Of a stretch of 64,000 bases of DNA, positions 1 to 7,762 are shown one piece after another. This DNA is from an uncultured Caldithrix sp. Lineage in GTDB: Bacteria; Electryoneota; AABM5-125-24; Hatepunaeales; Hatepunaeaceae. The number at the start of each line of letters is the position of its first letter. The first letter of the stretch is position 1. The notes beneath the pieces are model-generated. The model saw only the letters and a program-made list of their open reading frames with translations, ran no database searches and had not been told where the DNA came from. A program made the translations under genes and the position numbers. The stretch is taken from the NCBI GenBank assembly GCA_964355675.1, contig CAYHEC010000006.1, positions 1 through 64,000 on the forward strand, in the 5' to 3' direction.

Positions 1-103
1 GTTTACGAGCCCGTCCGTTTACGAGCCCGTCCGTTTACGAGCCCGTCCGTTTACGAGCCCGTCCGTTTACGTGCCACCTCGCGTAGGGGCCGTTTACGAG
101 CCC
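1..103. repeat. Tandem 16-bp repeat GTTTACGAGCCCGTCC x4 followed by a GTTTACGTGCCACCTCGCGTAGGGGCC-GTTTACGAGCCC block; the array runs off the left window edge
   Basis: Read directly: units at 1-16, 17-32, 33-48 and 49-64. Nt 65-103 are identical to 4193-4231. Confidence 0.9.
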
Positions 104-112
104 ACTAAAGCG

Positions 113-1744
113 CTACCTAACCAACACCATCCTCGTCGCCGCACTGTTTTCCCCCTGCTGGAGACGGAGCCAATAGGTCCCCGCCGCCAGACCACCGGCA
201 TCGACAGTAAGGCGAAACTCGCAGGGATGAGCGACCTCTTCAGTCCACTGGCGGAGTGACCTGCCACCAATGTCGGACAGCGAGAGGTTAACCAACCCGG
301 GACCGGGAACGGTGAAAGTGACGACTGCGCTCGAATTGAAGGGCGAAGGATAGGGGTGGTTAAGAGTCAGGGTTGAGGGAAGCAACGGGATCGGATCCAC
401 TACCTTTAGTTCCCCCGCTCCAGACAAAACAACGGTGTATTGATAATCTGGATTCCACATGGTGGATCTATTCCCCCAAGCCGTGATGAGTAATGTGTCT
501 TGAAAAACACCTCCCGAGTCCGGACGAAATGTCACGAAAAAGGTTTCCTCACGATCCTTGGCAAGAAGCGCATATTGCCGAAACCCGAAGCCCGTGAAGC
601 GACCATTTTGAACACAATAGAGGATAGTGTGACCCTCGCCTTGCGGAAGCACATCCGTTGAAATCGCTTCGATAACAGTAATGGGGTTGTCGATCAGCCC
701 AAAATTCCACCTCATCGCCACATCATCGCTGATAACCAGACCTGCCCTGTCCATCAGATCCTCAACGGACGTCGGTTCTTCGTGGAATCGCTCCCGATAG
801 AGATCGACATACCTTTGAATGTCAAGCATTGCATTTTGAACACCCTCAACGCCTAAATCGTTCATGCAGAATCGGCTGGGATCGTAGTCTGGATTGTATT
901 CGTACTTGAAATCGAGGTCAAGTTGAAGATAATCACCGCTGGTATTCGTGATCCGTAGCTCCCGTCTTCCTTTCAAACCGGAAGGCACAACTCCAAAGTC
1001 CAATTCATACTCAGATATTTCAATAAACTGATTGTAATATCCTCGTCCTTTCAATGCACATCTGGTCGTCCCATTATTCCCCCGGTTCAGATTTAAGAAT
1101 CCCCCAACCTGCCCAACCTCGTCAGGTATGAAGGTCACTACCAAATCAAGCCCCTCATCGCCCGCAGGAAGACTGAAGGCGGTCCTTGGTCCGTACTCTA
1201 AGTACTCCTCTTCTTCAGCATAGAATTGATTAGTCTGAAAATCGAAAAGTATTCGATGGCCTTCTCCGCCCGGCATTTCACGAGTCGAAACAGCTTCGAT
1301 TAGTGTTATTGGGTTGTCACCTATCACGATAAAATCCCATTGCCTGAAAACACTACCCCCCATATCAAGATAATCACGCTCTGCCAATTGCATGATTCCA
1401 TTAGCATCCTCCCCGAAATCCTGCCTGAACGCGCCTACCGCATCGACGATCTCGCGAATCGCGGCTCGGGCCGCGGCGGCCTCAGGAAGCAGTAACTCAA
1501 AGTGTTTATTTTTCAGTCCCATTTGATTTTCAAAATCGAACTCACAAGTAATATCGATATCCGAGTCGCTGTGATTAACGATTCGAATCAACCGATCATG
1601 GCTTGGACGTCCGATTTCGCCGATTGCAGTTCTACCGAAGTCGAGAGAATCGGGTTCGATCATAACCTCCTGAGCGTAGGAGGCCGAGAGGAAGAGGAAC
1701 TGCGAGATAAGATTGAAGGCGATAACGGTGGTGCGACGGTTCAT
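113..1744 (-). CDS. Secreted protein with T9SS-type C-terminal sorting domain and an internal two-fold duplication
   Basis: Signal-like N-terminus (VIAFNLISQFLFLSASYAQE). The C-terminal ~80 aa (PYPSPFNSS...AAGTYWLRLQQGENSAATRMVLVR) fit the Por/T9SS CTD pattern shared with three other ORFs here. Two homologous halves: EPDSLDFGRT...GEGHRILFDFQTNQF vs SEYELDFGVV...GEGHTILYCVQNGRF. Confidence 0.6.
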   Translation of the reverse strand: MNRRTTVIAFNLISQFLFLSASYAQEVMIEPDSLDFGRTAIGEIGRPSHDRLIRIVNHSDSDIDITCEFDFENQMGLKNKHFELLLPEAAAARAAIREIVDAVGAFRQDFGEDANGIMQLAERDYLDMGGSVFRQWDFIVIGDNPITLIEAVSTREMPGGEGHRILFDFQTNQFYAEEEEYLEYGPRTAFSLPAGDEGLDLVVTFIPDEVGQVGGFLNLNRGNNGTTRCALKGRGYYNQFIEISEYELDFGVVPSGLKGRRELRITNTSGDYLQLDLDFKYEYNPDYDPSRFCMNDLGVEGVQNAMLDIQRYVDLYRERFHEEPTSVEDLMDRAGLVISDDVAMRWNFGLIDNPITVIEAISTDVLPQGEGHTILYCVQNGRFTGFGFRQYALLAKDREETFFVTFRPDSGGVFQDTLLITAWGNRSTMWNPDYQYTVVLSGAGELKVVDPIPLLPSTLTLNHPYPSPFNSSAVVTFTVPGPGLVNLSLSDIGGRSLRQWTEEVAHPCEFRLTVDAGGLAAGTYWLRLQQGENSAATRMVLVR

Positions 1745-1986
1745 TGGTCAAGTTTCCAGAAAATTAGTGTTAATTGCACATTTTGCACGGTGCGGTGCGA
1801 AGTTCAAGCGTGACAGGACGTTTGGAGCGAAAATGTCGCAATTTATGTGCCGAAAGACAAATCTTGCCGTCGGGTGTCCTCACCCGACGGACATCAAACG
1901 CGACAGGATGGCGGCGTTACGCCCTTGCGTTCGGCAAATCCTTGCGCTAAATTGTACTAATCCTTTCTATAATCTCGCTGAGTGAC

Positions 1987-2012
1987 GTAGGGCGGATTGC
2001 AATCCGCCCTAC
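1987..2012. repeat. Perfect 26-nt palindrome GTAGGGCGGATTG|CAATCCGCCCTAC (GTAGG-hairpin family)
   Basis: Read directly in the divergent intergenic region 1745-2141. Further hairpins lie at 1867-1890 and ~2061-2108. Confidence 0.85.
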
Positions 2013-2069
2013 TTAACCGCTACGGATGCTCAGCGGCTACGCGCACATCAGAACCTAAACTCTTGGAGG

Positions 2070-4094
2070 GTGGACTTCAGTCCGCCCTTGAGGGCGGGTT
2101 ATAGCCCGCACTCCAAGACTTTCAAAACTAATGGGGTCATCATGTTGCAACTCTCGCTTTATTATCTGCTTGGCGGAGCGTTCGCGTTGCTCCTCCTCAT
2201 CCTTATTGTCCCCTCCATCCATGTGATCGGGCCGACCCAGGTCGGTCTCGTCACCAAGCGCTTCTCGTTCAAGAAACTCGCCGAAGACAACCTGCTCGCC
2301 TTTCACGGCGAAGCCGGTTACCAGGCCGAACTGCTGATGCCGGGCTGGCGATGGCGGTTCTGGATCGTCTTTGCCGTCTCCAAGTTCCCTTGGGTGCAGG
2401 TTCCTGCCGGCGAAATCGGCGTCGTTATCGCCCAGATCGGCGCGCCACTGCCGATCGGCGCCAAGTCAGCTCGCTACACCCCGAAGTTAGTGAACTTCAC
2501 CAACATCGTCCAGTTTCTCGAAAACGGCGGTCAGAAAGGCGTCCAGCGCCCGGTACTGCCTCCGGGAACTCTCGCCCCGATCCACCCGGTCGGCTTCCTC
2601 GTCCTGACTAAAAATCAAATCTACGGGCTTCCGGTCGCCCCGGAACTGCAAAAGAAACTCGGCCGCGACGAGCGTCTCACTACCCTTGCCTTTGGCTTGA
2701 TGCCGGAAAGACTTGAAGTCGTGCGGATTGCACCCCAGCAGGAAAAGTCAGGCGCGATCATCGACATGGTCGGCATCGTCACCTGCTTCGAGGGCGACCC
2801 ACTACCTTCCGGCGATATCTCCAGCCGTTTGGGAGGTTTCGCAGATGTTTTGGAAGCAGAAAACTCCGGCAAAACCGATAGTGAAATCACCGAAATGATC
2901 CTCGGAAGTAAAAACTACCTTCACAACAACTATCAGGACTTCCAGAAATTCCTCGATGAAGGCGGCAAGATCGGACTCCAGCACGACGTCCTGCTCTACG
3001 GAATGTTCAACCTCAATCCGTTCCTCGTCGCTGTCGAGATGGTTCCGATGCTGGTCATCAAACAGGGCGAAGTCGGCGTTGTCAAGTCGTATGTCGGTCT
3101 GGTGACACAGGATACGTCGGGGACGATGTTCAAATACGGCTCTCTGGTCGTGCCCGGTCACCGGGGGATCTGGCGCGAACCACTGCGCACCGGCAAGTAC
3201 CCCATCAACCCGCGTTGCTATCAGGCTGAGTTAGTGCCGACGGCGATTTTGACGCTCAACTGGGCGGATACGGTCTCGGAAGCGCACAGCCTCGACCGGA
3301 TGCTCTCGCAGATCACGGCCAAGTCGTGCGAGGGGTTCGTCTTCCATATCGATCTACAGGTGCAGATTCACGTCCCCGACACCAAGGCTCCACGGGTGAT
3401 CTCGATGGTCGGGACGATGCAGGCGCTGGTGAACGAGGTCTTACAGGCGGCGGTAGGCAACCACTTCCGCGACCGTCTCCAGTCGATGCCGGCGGTGCAG
3501 TTCATCCAGACGCGGCAGTCGGTGCAGTTGGAAGCGCTCCACCACATCCGCGAACAGCTTGAGGACTACGACGTCGAGACGAAAGGCGTCTATATTCAGG
3601 ATGTTATCCTCCCCGACGCGCTGGTCAACGTATTGACCGAGCGGGAGATTGCCGCGCAGGAGGTTGCGACCTACAAACGTCAGCAGGAGGCTCAGGAACA
3701 GCGCATCCAGACCGAGCACTCGCGCGGAACGGCGGACATGCAACACGATCTGGCGCGGTCGGCGGTCAACGTTACTATCGAGACTAACAACGCCTCGGCG
3801 ATCAAAGCCAAAGCCGACGGCGAGGCGACCTACATCCGCCAGACAGGTGGCGCGAAGGGGGCTGAGGTGGAGGCGGTGGGACTTGCGCGGGCGACGGCTT
3901 ACAAGGCGCAGGTTGAGGCTCTGGGGAAGGAAGCCACCGCGGCGGTGAACATCGTGACGGCGCTTTCGGATGGCAAGGGGACGGGGAGGATTGTGCCGGA
4001 GGTGTTGGTGATGGGCGGTGAAGGCGGAGGAGCGATCAACGGCTTAGCGGCGTCTCTCATCAAGAAATTCAGCGGAAAGAAGGAGGAAGCGTAG
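2070..4094 (+). CDS. SPFH/Band-7 (flotillin-like) domain membrane protein; probable true start is the ATG at 2142
   Basis: TM helix (LSLYYLLGGAFALLLLILIV) followed by VIGPTQVGLVTKRF, typical of an SPFH N-terminus. Ala/Glu-rich coiled C-terminal region. The first 24 codons of the ORF overlap hairpin repeats. Confidence 0.7.
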   Translation: MDFSPPLRAGYSPHSKTFKTNGVIMLQLSLYYLLGGAFALLLLILIVPSIHVIGPTQVGLVTKRFSFKKLAEDNLLAFHGEAGYQAELLMPGWRWRFWIVFAVSKFPWVQVPAGEIGVVIAQIGAPLPIGAKSARYTPKLVNFTNIVQFLENGGQKGVQRPVLPPGTLAPIHPVGFLVLTKNQIYGLPVAPELQKKLGRDERLTTLAFGLMPERLEVVRIAPQQEKSGAIIDMVGIVTCFEGDPLPSGDISSRLGGFADVLEAENSGKTDSEITEMILGSKNYLHNNYQDFQKFLDEGGKIGLQHDVLLYGMFNLNPFLVAVEMVPMLVIKQGEVGVVKSYVGLVTQDTSGTMFKYGSLVVPGHRGIWREPLRTGKYPINPRCYQAELVPTAILTLNWADTVSEAHSLDRMLSQITAKSCEGFVFHIDLQVQIHVPDTKAPRVISMVGTMQALVNEVLQAAVGNHFRDRLQSMPAVQFIQTRQSVQLEALHHIREQLEDYDVETKGVYIQDVILPDALVNVLTEREIAAQEVATYKRQQEAQEQRIQTEHSRGTADMQHDLARSAVNVTIETNNASAIKAKADGEATYIRQTGGAKGAEVEAVGLARATAYKAQVEALGKEATAAVNIVTALSDGKGTGRIVPEVLVMGGEGGGAINGLAASLIKKFSGKKEEA

Positions 4095-4233
4095 GGGCCG
4101 TTTACGAGCCCGTCCGTTTACGAGCCCCGTCTGTCTGCAAGCCACCTCGCGTAGGGGCCGTTTACGAGCCCGTCCGTTTACGAGCCCCGTCTGTTTACGT
4201 GCCACCTCGCGTAGGGGCCGTTTACGAGCCCAA
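4087..4233. repeat. ~60-bp tandem repeat (about 2.5 copies) of GCCACCTCGCGTAGGGGCCGTTTACGAGCCCGTCCGTTTACGAGCCCCGTCTGT...
   Basis: Read directly. Copies at ~4087-4140, 4141-4200 and 4201-4233. Same family as 1-103 and, in reverse, 25531-25559. The stop codon of the SPFH gene (TAG 4092-4094) lies inside the GCGTAGGGG motif. Confidence 0.9.
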
Positions 4234-4240
4234 GCCAAAT

Positions 4241-4268
4241 CGCGTAGGGGCGGATTTCCAAATCCGAC
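4241..4268. repeat. CGCGTAGGGG + hairpin CGGATTT-CCA-AATCCG
   Basis: Read directly. A related hairpin GACAGATTTCCAAATCTGTC lies at 18068-18087 (reverse orientation) with compensatory G->A / C->T stem changes. Confidence 0.8.
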
Positions 4269-4357
4269 AGGAGTATGGGCGTCTCTGCCGGGTCGGTACG
4301 GTGGGGCTAAGCCTGCCCTCGTGAAAACGGGGGTACCCGCCCGCGCCGATAGGCGCG

Positions 4358-4579
4358 TCATTCCCGTGCAGACGGGAGCCGAAGGCCGCGTAGCAATCCA
4401 GTCCGGCGATTGAAATGTTCTTCAGCCTGCTCGATGGTGAAGGTGCAGTCTTCGCGGCTATCGCGGAGCCCTTCTTCGATCTTGGCTTGGTGGATGATTT
4501 CTTCGAGAATATCGTCCAGATTGGCCGTCTTGGGAAGGGACATGATTGCGTGTATGGCGAGTTCCTGCAAGTCGGACAT
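4358..4579 (-). CDS. Small hypothetical protein, antitoxin-like; C-terminus and stop codon lie in a GCGTCATTCC hairpin repeat
   Basis: 73-aa ORF. The pattern MSDLQELAIHAIMSLPKT...IEEGLRDSRED..FTIEQAEEHF resembles small antitoxin or addiction-module components. No partner toxin ORF was seen. Confidence 0.3.
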   Translation of the reverse strand: MSDLQELAIHAIMSLPKTANLDDILEEIIHQAKIEEGLRDSREDCTFTIEQAEEHFNRRTGLLRGLRLPSARE

Positions 4580-4833
4580 GGGTCTTGTTTCCGTTTGGTT
4601 TATCTACTTCAGAATAACACTCCTGCGACTGAAAATCAAGACGTGCCGGTAACGAACGCACCGGAAACCACGCAAGCAATTTTTTAGCCCGTCTTTGCGA
4701 TACCGAAGGTTCGGCAGAAGCAATCTCGGCTTGACTTTGGGGGGAAGGTTTTGCAGATTGGGAGAGGGCGCAGTTAATACCAATAACATCGCCGGTCTGT
4801 TGGTCTAAAAGTAACTTATAAGAGAAATTCACC

Positions 4834-7581
4834 ATGCCATTAAGTTGGAATGAAATCCGCGCGCGAGCGACAAAGTTCGCCAAGGACTGGGAAAATACTT
4901 CTTCGGAGAAAGCTGAAGCTCAAACCTTTTGGAATGAGTTTTTTGAAGTTTTTGGCGTATCGCGACGACGAGTAGCATCTTTTGAGCATCATGTCAGCCC
5001 TCGTCCTGAGAGTGGCGGTATCATTGACCTTCTTTGGAAAGGTATTGTTCTTATTGAGCACAAATCGCGCGGAAGGAACCTCGATCGGGCTTATGAGCAA
5101 GCTATCAGTTATTTTCCAGGAATAGAGAACCGTGACCTTCCACGTTACATCCTTGTCTCGGACTTTGCCCGACTTCGACTTTATGATTTGGAGACGTCTG
5201 AAGTACATGACATCCTGCTAATAGACTTTCCATTACATGTTGATATGTTTGGATTCATCGCTGGATATGAAACGCGCTCATTTGGGCAGGAAGACCCCGT
5301 TAACATAAAAGCTGCAATGAAGATGGGGGAGTTGCATGATGAACTCTCTGACGCTAAATACAAAGGTCACAGGTTAGAGGCACTTCTTATTCGTCTTTTG
5401 TTCTGCATGTTCGCAGATACTACTGGAATATTCCAGCGCGGTCAATTCAGAGAATACCTTGAACTCCGCACGTTAAAGGACGGGTCTGATTTAGGAAATC
5501 AACTTGGAATGGTGTTCCAAGTCTTGAACCAGCCCGAAAATGAACGCCAGTCAACCCTCGACGAGCAATTGGCTCTTTTCCCTTATGTGGATGGAAAATT
5601 ATTCGAAGAAGCGCTGCCAATTGCTGCTTTTAATAGCCAGATGCGCGAAATTCTGCTTGATTGCTGCAAACTCGATTGGGGGAAAATCAGCCCGGCGATC
5701 TTCGGGTCGATCTTTCAATCGGTCATGGATCAGGCAGAGCGACGTCGCACTGGAGGTCACTATACTTCAGAGACGAATATCTTAAAGGCTCTAAAGCCGC
5801 TCTTTCTTGATGACCTGGAGCGTGAATTTGAGCAAAAATATCATAATATAAGATCTCTCAAAGCACTTCATAAAAAAATCGCGAAGCTGAAAATACTCGA
5901 TCCCGCCTGCGGATGCGGTAATTTTCTTTCCATCGCCTATCGTGAGTTACGGTTCTTAGAGATCAAAATTCTCAGAGAGTTACACAAGAACTCGCCAGAA
6001 TTTTTCTCGCTTGAAACTTCTATCGTTCTAAACGTCAATCAATTCTATGGCATAGAGATCAATGAATTTCCTGCACAGATAGCCCAGGTATCGATGTGGC
6101 TCACCGATCACCAAATGAATATTTTCGCCTCTACTGAATTTGGACAGATGAAGGAGAGTATCCCACTTCGGTCATCCGCCAATATTATTCAGGGAAACGC
6201 CCTGCAGCTCGATTGGGCGAAACTGGTTAAGCCGAAAGACCTTTCTTATATCGTCGGTAATCCTCCGTTTATCGGGGCAAAACACCTTGATGCAGATCAG
6301 GTGAAGGAGCGGAACAGTATATTCACCGGAGTGCCGAATGCTGGAGTTCTCGACTATGTTTGTTGTTGGTACAAAAAGGCTGCCCAGATTATGAATGCGC
6401 ATCCACATGTTCGCGCTGCATTTGTATCTACGAACTCAATAACACAGGGAGAGCAGGTCGGTGTGCTCTGGAATGACCCGACGATGAGAACTGTGAACAT
6501 CAAGTTTGCCCACCGAACTTTTCAATGGATGAGCGAGTCGAGGGGGAAAGCCGCTGTTCATTGCGTGATTATCGGGCTTTCGAGCCAAAATACGAACGGC
6601 AAGATCATCTTCGAGTATGACAATGTTAAGGCTGAACCTAAGGCAATAAAGGCATCTCAGATTAATCCTTATTTGGTTGATGCGCCGACAATTCTATTGC
6701 CAAATCGGAGCACTCCTCTCTGCCAGGTCCCTTCGATTGGTATTGGGAATAAACCTATCGATGATGGAAACTATCTGTTCACGCCTGAAGAGAAGATTCG
6801 ATTTCTGTTGAAAGAACCAAATGCAGCAAAATGGTTCCGCAGGTGGATTGGAGCCGATGAATTTATCAACGGAATCGAACGCTGGTGCTTATATCTAAAG
6901 GACTGTTCCCCATCTGAATTGAAAGCAATGCCCGAGGTGCTCAAGCGGGTAGAAGCTGTAAGGCAATTCCGTTTGAAGAGCATTGCAAAAAGCACCCGTG
7001 ACTTAGCTTCAAAACCGACGCGCTTTCATGTTGAGAATACTCCTGTAGGAGTCTGCCTAATAATCCCAGAAACATCTTCCGAACACCGTGGTTATATTCC
7101 AATTGGTTTTATTACAGATGATTATATATGCAGCAATAGGGTTAAATTAATGCATGATCCAGCCATGTACCACTTTGGCGTATTAACATCTCACATGCAT
7201 ATGGCATGGGTTCGAGCTGTGACGGGCAGATTGGAAAGCCGATATAGTTATTCCATCGGAATTGTTTATAATAACTTTGTGTGGCCTGATCCAACCCCTG
7301 CACAACGTGCCGTAATCGAGAAGCTTGCAAAGGAAGTACTCAACGAGCGTGACCGTTGGCCCGCTGAGACTTTAGCCGACCTCTACAACCCAAACACAAT
7401 GCCGACGAATCTTGTGAAGGCACACAAGAAATTGGACAAAGCCGTTGATGCTGCGTATGGCAAGAAGGACTTTGCTTCTGAGGCGGAGCGAGTTGCTTTT
7501 CTCTTCCAAAAATACCAAGCATTGACAAATGGATTTCTTCCTGTCGAAAAACATGTTGGCAGACGGGTTAGTAAACGATAA
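4834..7581 (+). CDS. Type IIL restriction-modification enzyme, MmeI family (fused endonuclease, N6-adenine methyltransferase and specificity domain)
   Basis: Characteristic MmeI-family N-terminus (WNEIRARATKFAKDWENTSSEKAEAQTFWNEFFEVFGV) with D65-X9-E75-X-K77 (IDLLWKGIVLIEHK, nt 5026-5064). MTase motif I DPACGCGNF and motif IV NPPF (nt 6259-6270). 915-aa single polypeptide. Confidence 0.9.
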   Translation: MPLSWNEIRARATKFAKDWENTSSEKAEAQTFWNEFFEVFGVSRRRVASFEHHVSPRPESGGIIDLLWKGIVLIEHKSRGRNLDRAYEQAISYFPGIENRDLPRYILVSDFARLRLYDLETSEVHDILLIDFPLHVDMFGFIAGYETRSFGQEDPVNIKAAMKMGELHDELSDAKYKGHRLEALLIRLLFCMFADTTGIFQRGQFREYLELRTLKDGSDLGNQLGMVFQVLNQPENERQSTLDEQLALFPYVDGKLFEEALPIAAFNSQMREILLDCCKLDWGKISPAIFGSIFQSVMDQAERRRTGGHYTSETNILKALKPLFLDDLEREFEQKYHNIRSLKALHKKIAKLKILDPACGCGNFLSIAYRELRFLEIKILRELHKNSPEFFSLETSIVLNVNQFYGIEINEFPAQIAQVSMWLTDHQMNIFASTEFGQMKESIPLRSSANIIQGNALQLDWAKLVKPKDLSYIVGNPPFIGAKHLDADQVKERNSIFTGVPNAGVLDYVCCWYKKAAQIMNAHPHVRAAFVSTNSITQGEQVGVLWNDPTMRTVNIKFAHRTFQWMSESRGKAAVHCVIIGLSSQNTNGKIIFEYDNVKAEPKAIKASQINPYLVDAPTILLPNRSTPLCQVPSIGIGNKPIDDGNYLFTPEEKIRFLLKEPNAAKWFRRWIGADEFINGIERWCLYLKDCSPSELKAMPEVLKRVEAVRQFRLKSIAKSTRDLASKPTRFHVENTPVGVCLIIPETSSEHRGYIPIGFITDDYICSNRVKLMHDPAMYHFGVLTSHMHMAWVRAVTGRLESRYSYSIGIVYNNFVWPDPTPAQRAVIEKLAKEVLNERDRWPAETLADLYNPNTMPTNLVKAHKKLDKAVDAAYGKKDFASEAERVAFLFQKYQALTNGFLPVEKHVGRRVSKR

Positions 7582-7630
7582 GCAAAGATCGGCGCAGGCG
7601 GCTACCTGTCCGCCCCACTGTAACACAAAT

Positions 7631-7732
7631 GCGTGATCGATTCCTCTTCAGTCACCAATCGATCACGCCGGATTCCACCGTCTGACAGCCATTCCCGGCA
7701 TTCGGTGACTCTGTGATCGATTTTTTACCCCC
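7631..7732 (+). promoter_or_regulatory. Structured element with three GTGATCGATT-type arms, giving alternative hairpins 1:2 and 2:3; the second is followed by a T6 tract. Terminator or attenuator-like.
   Basis: Arms at 7631-7642 (GCGTGATCGATT), 7657-7668 (AATCGATCACGC, complementary) and 7713-7722 (GTGATCGATT), then TTTTTT. A second copy of the arm2/arm3/T-tract part lies at 25592-25670. Confidence 0.5.
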
Positions 7733-7762
7733 GCTGACTCATCGACTGTTATAAAATAATAT

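Noticed and set aside
1-103. Tandem repeat arrays (1-103, 4087-4233, 9122-9228, 34521-34630) considered as CRISPR arrays
   Set aside because: The units are head-to-tail (16, ~60, 29 and 35 bp) with no unique spacers between them. No cas genes are in the window. The units belong to dispersed hairpin families found singly elsewhere.
4044-4361. ORFs 4044..4361(-), 9220..9519(+), 9281..9499(+), 20296..20634(+), 43192..43392(+) as protein-coding genes
   Set aside because: They consist almost entirely of translated hairpin or tandem repeats (for example repeated RKRPLREVA or HFVHFVH strings, IPAKAGI, CEECSDEAI). They lie in intergenic repeat clusters.
4834-7581. MmeI-like gene as the PglX methyltransferase of a BREX system
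   Set aside because: No brxA/B/C/L or pglZ genes are adjacent, and the protein carries its own N-terminal D...ExK nuclease motif. This is characteristic of stand-alone Type IIL enzymes.
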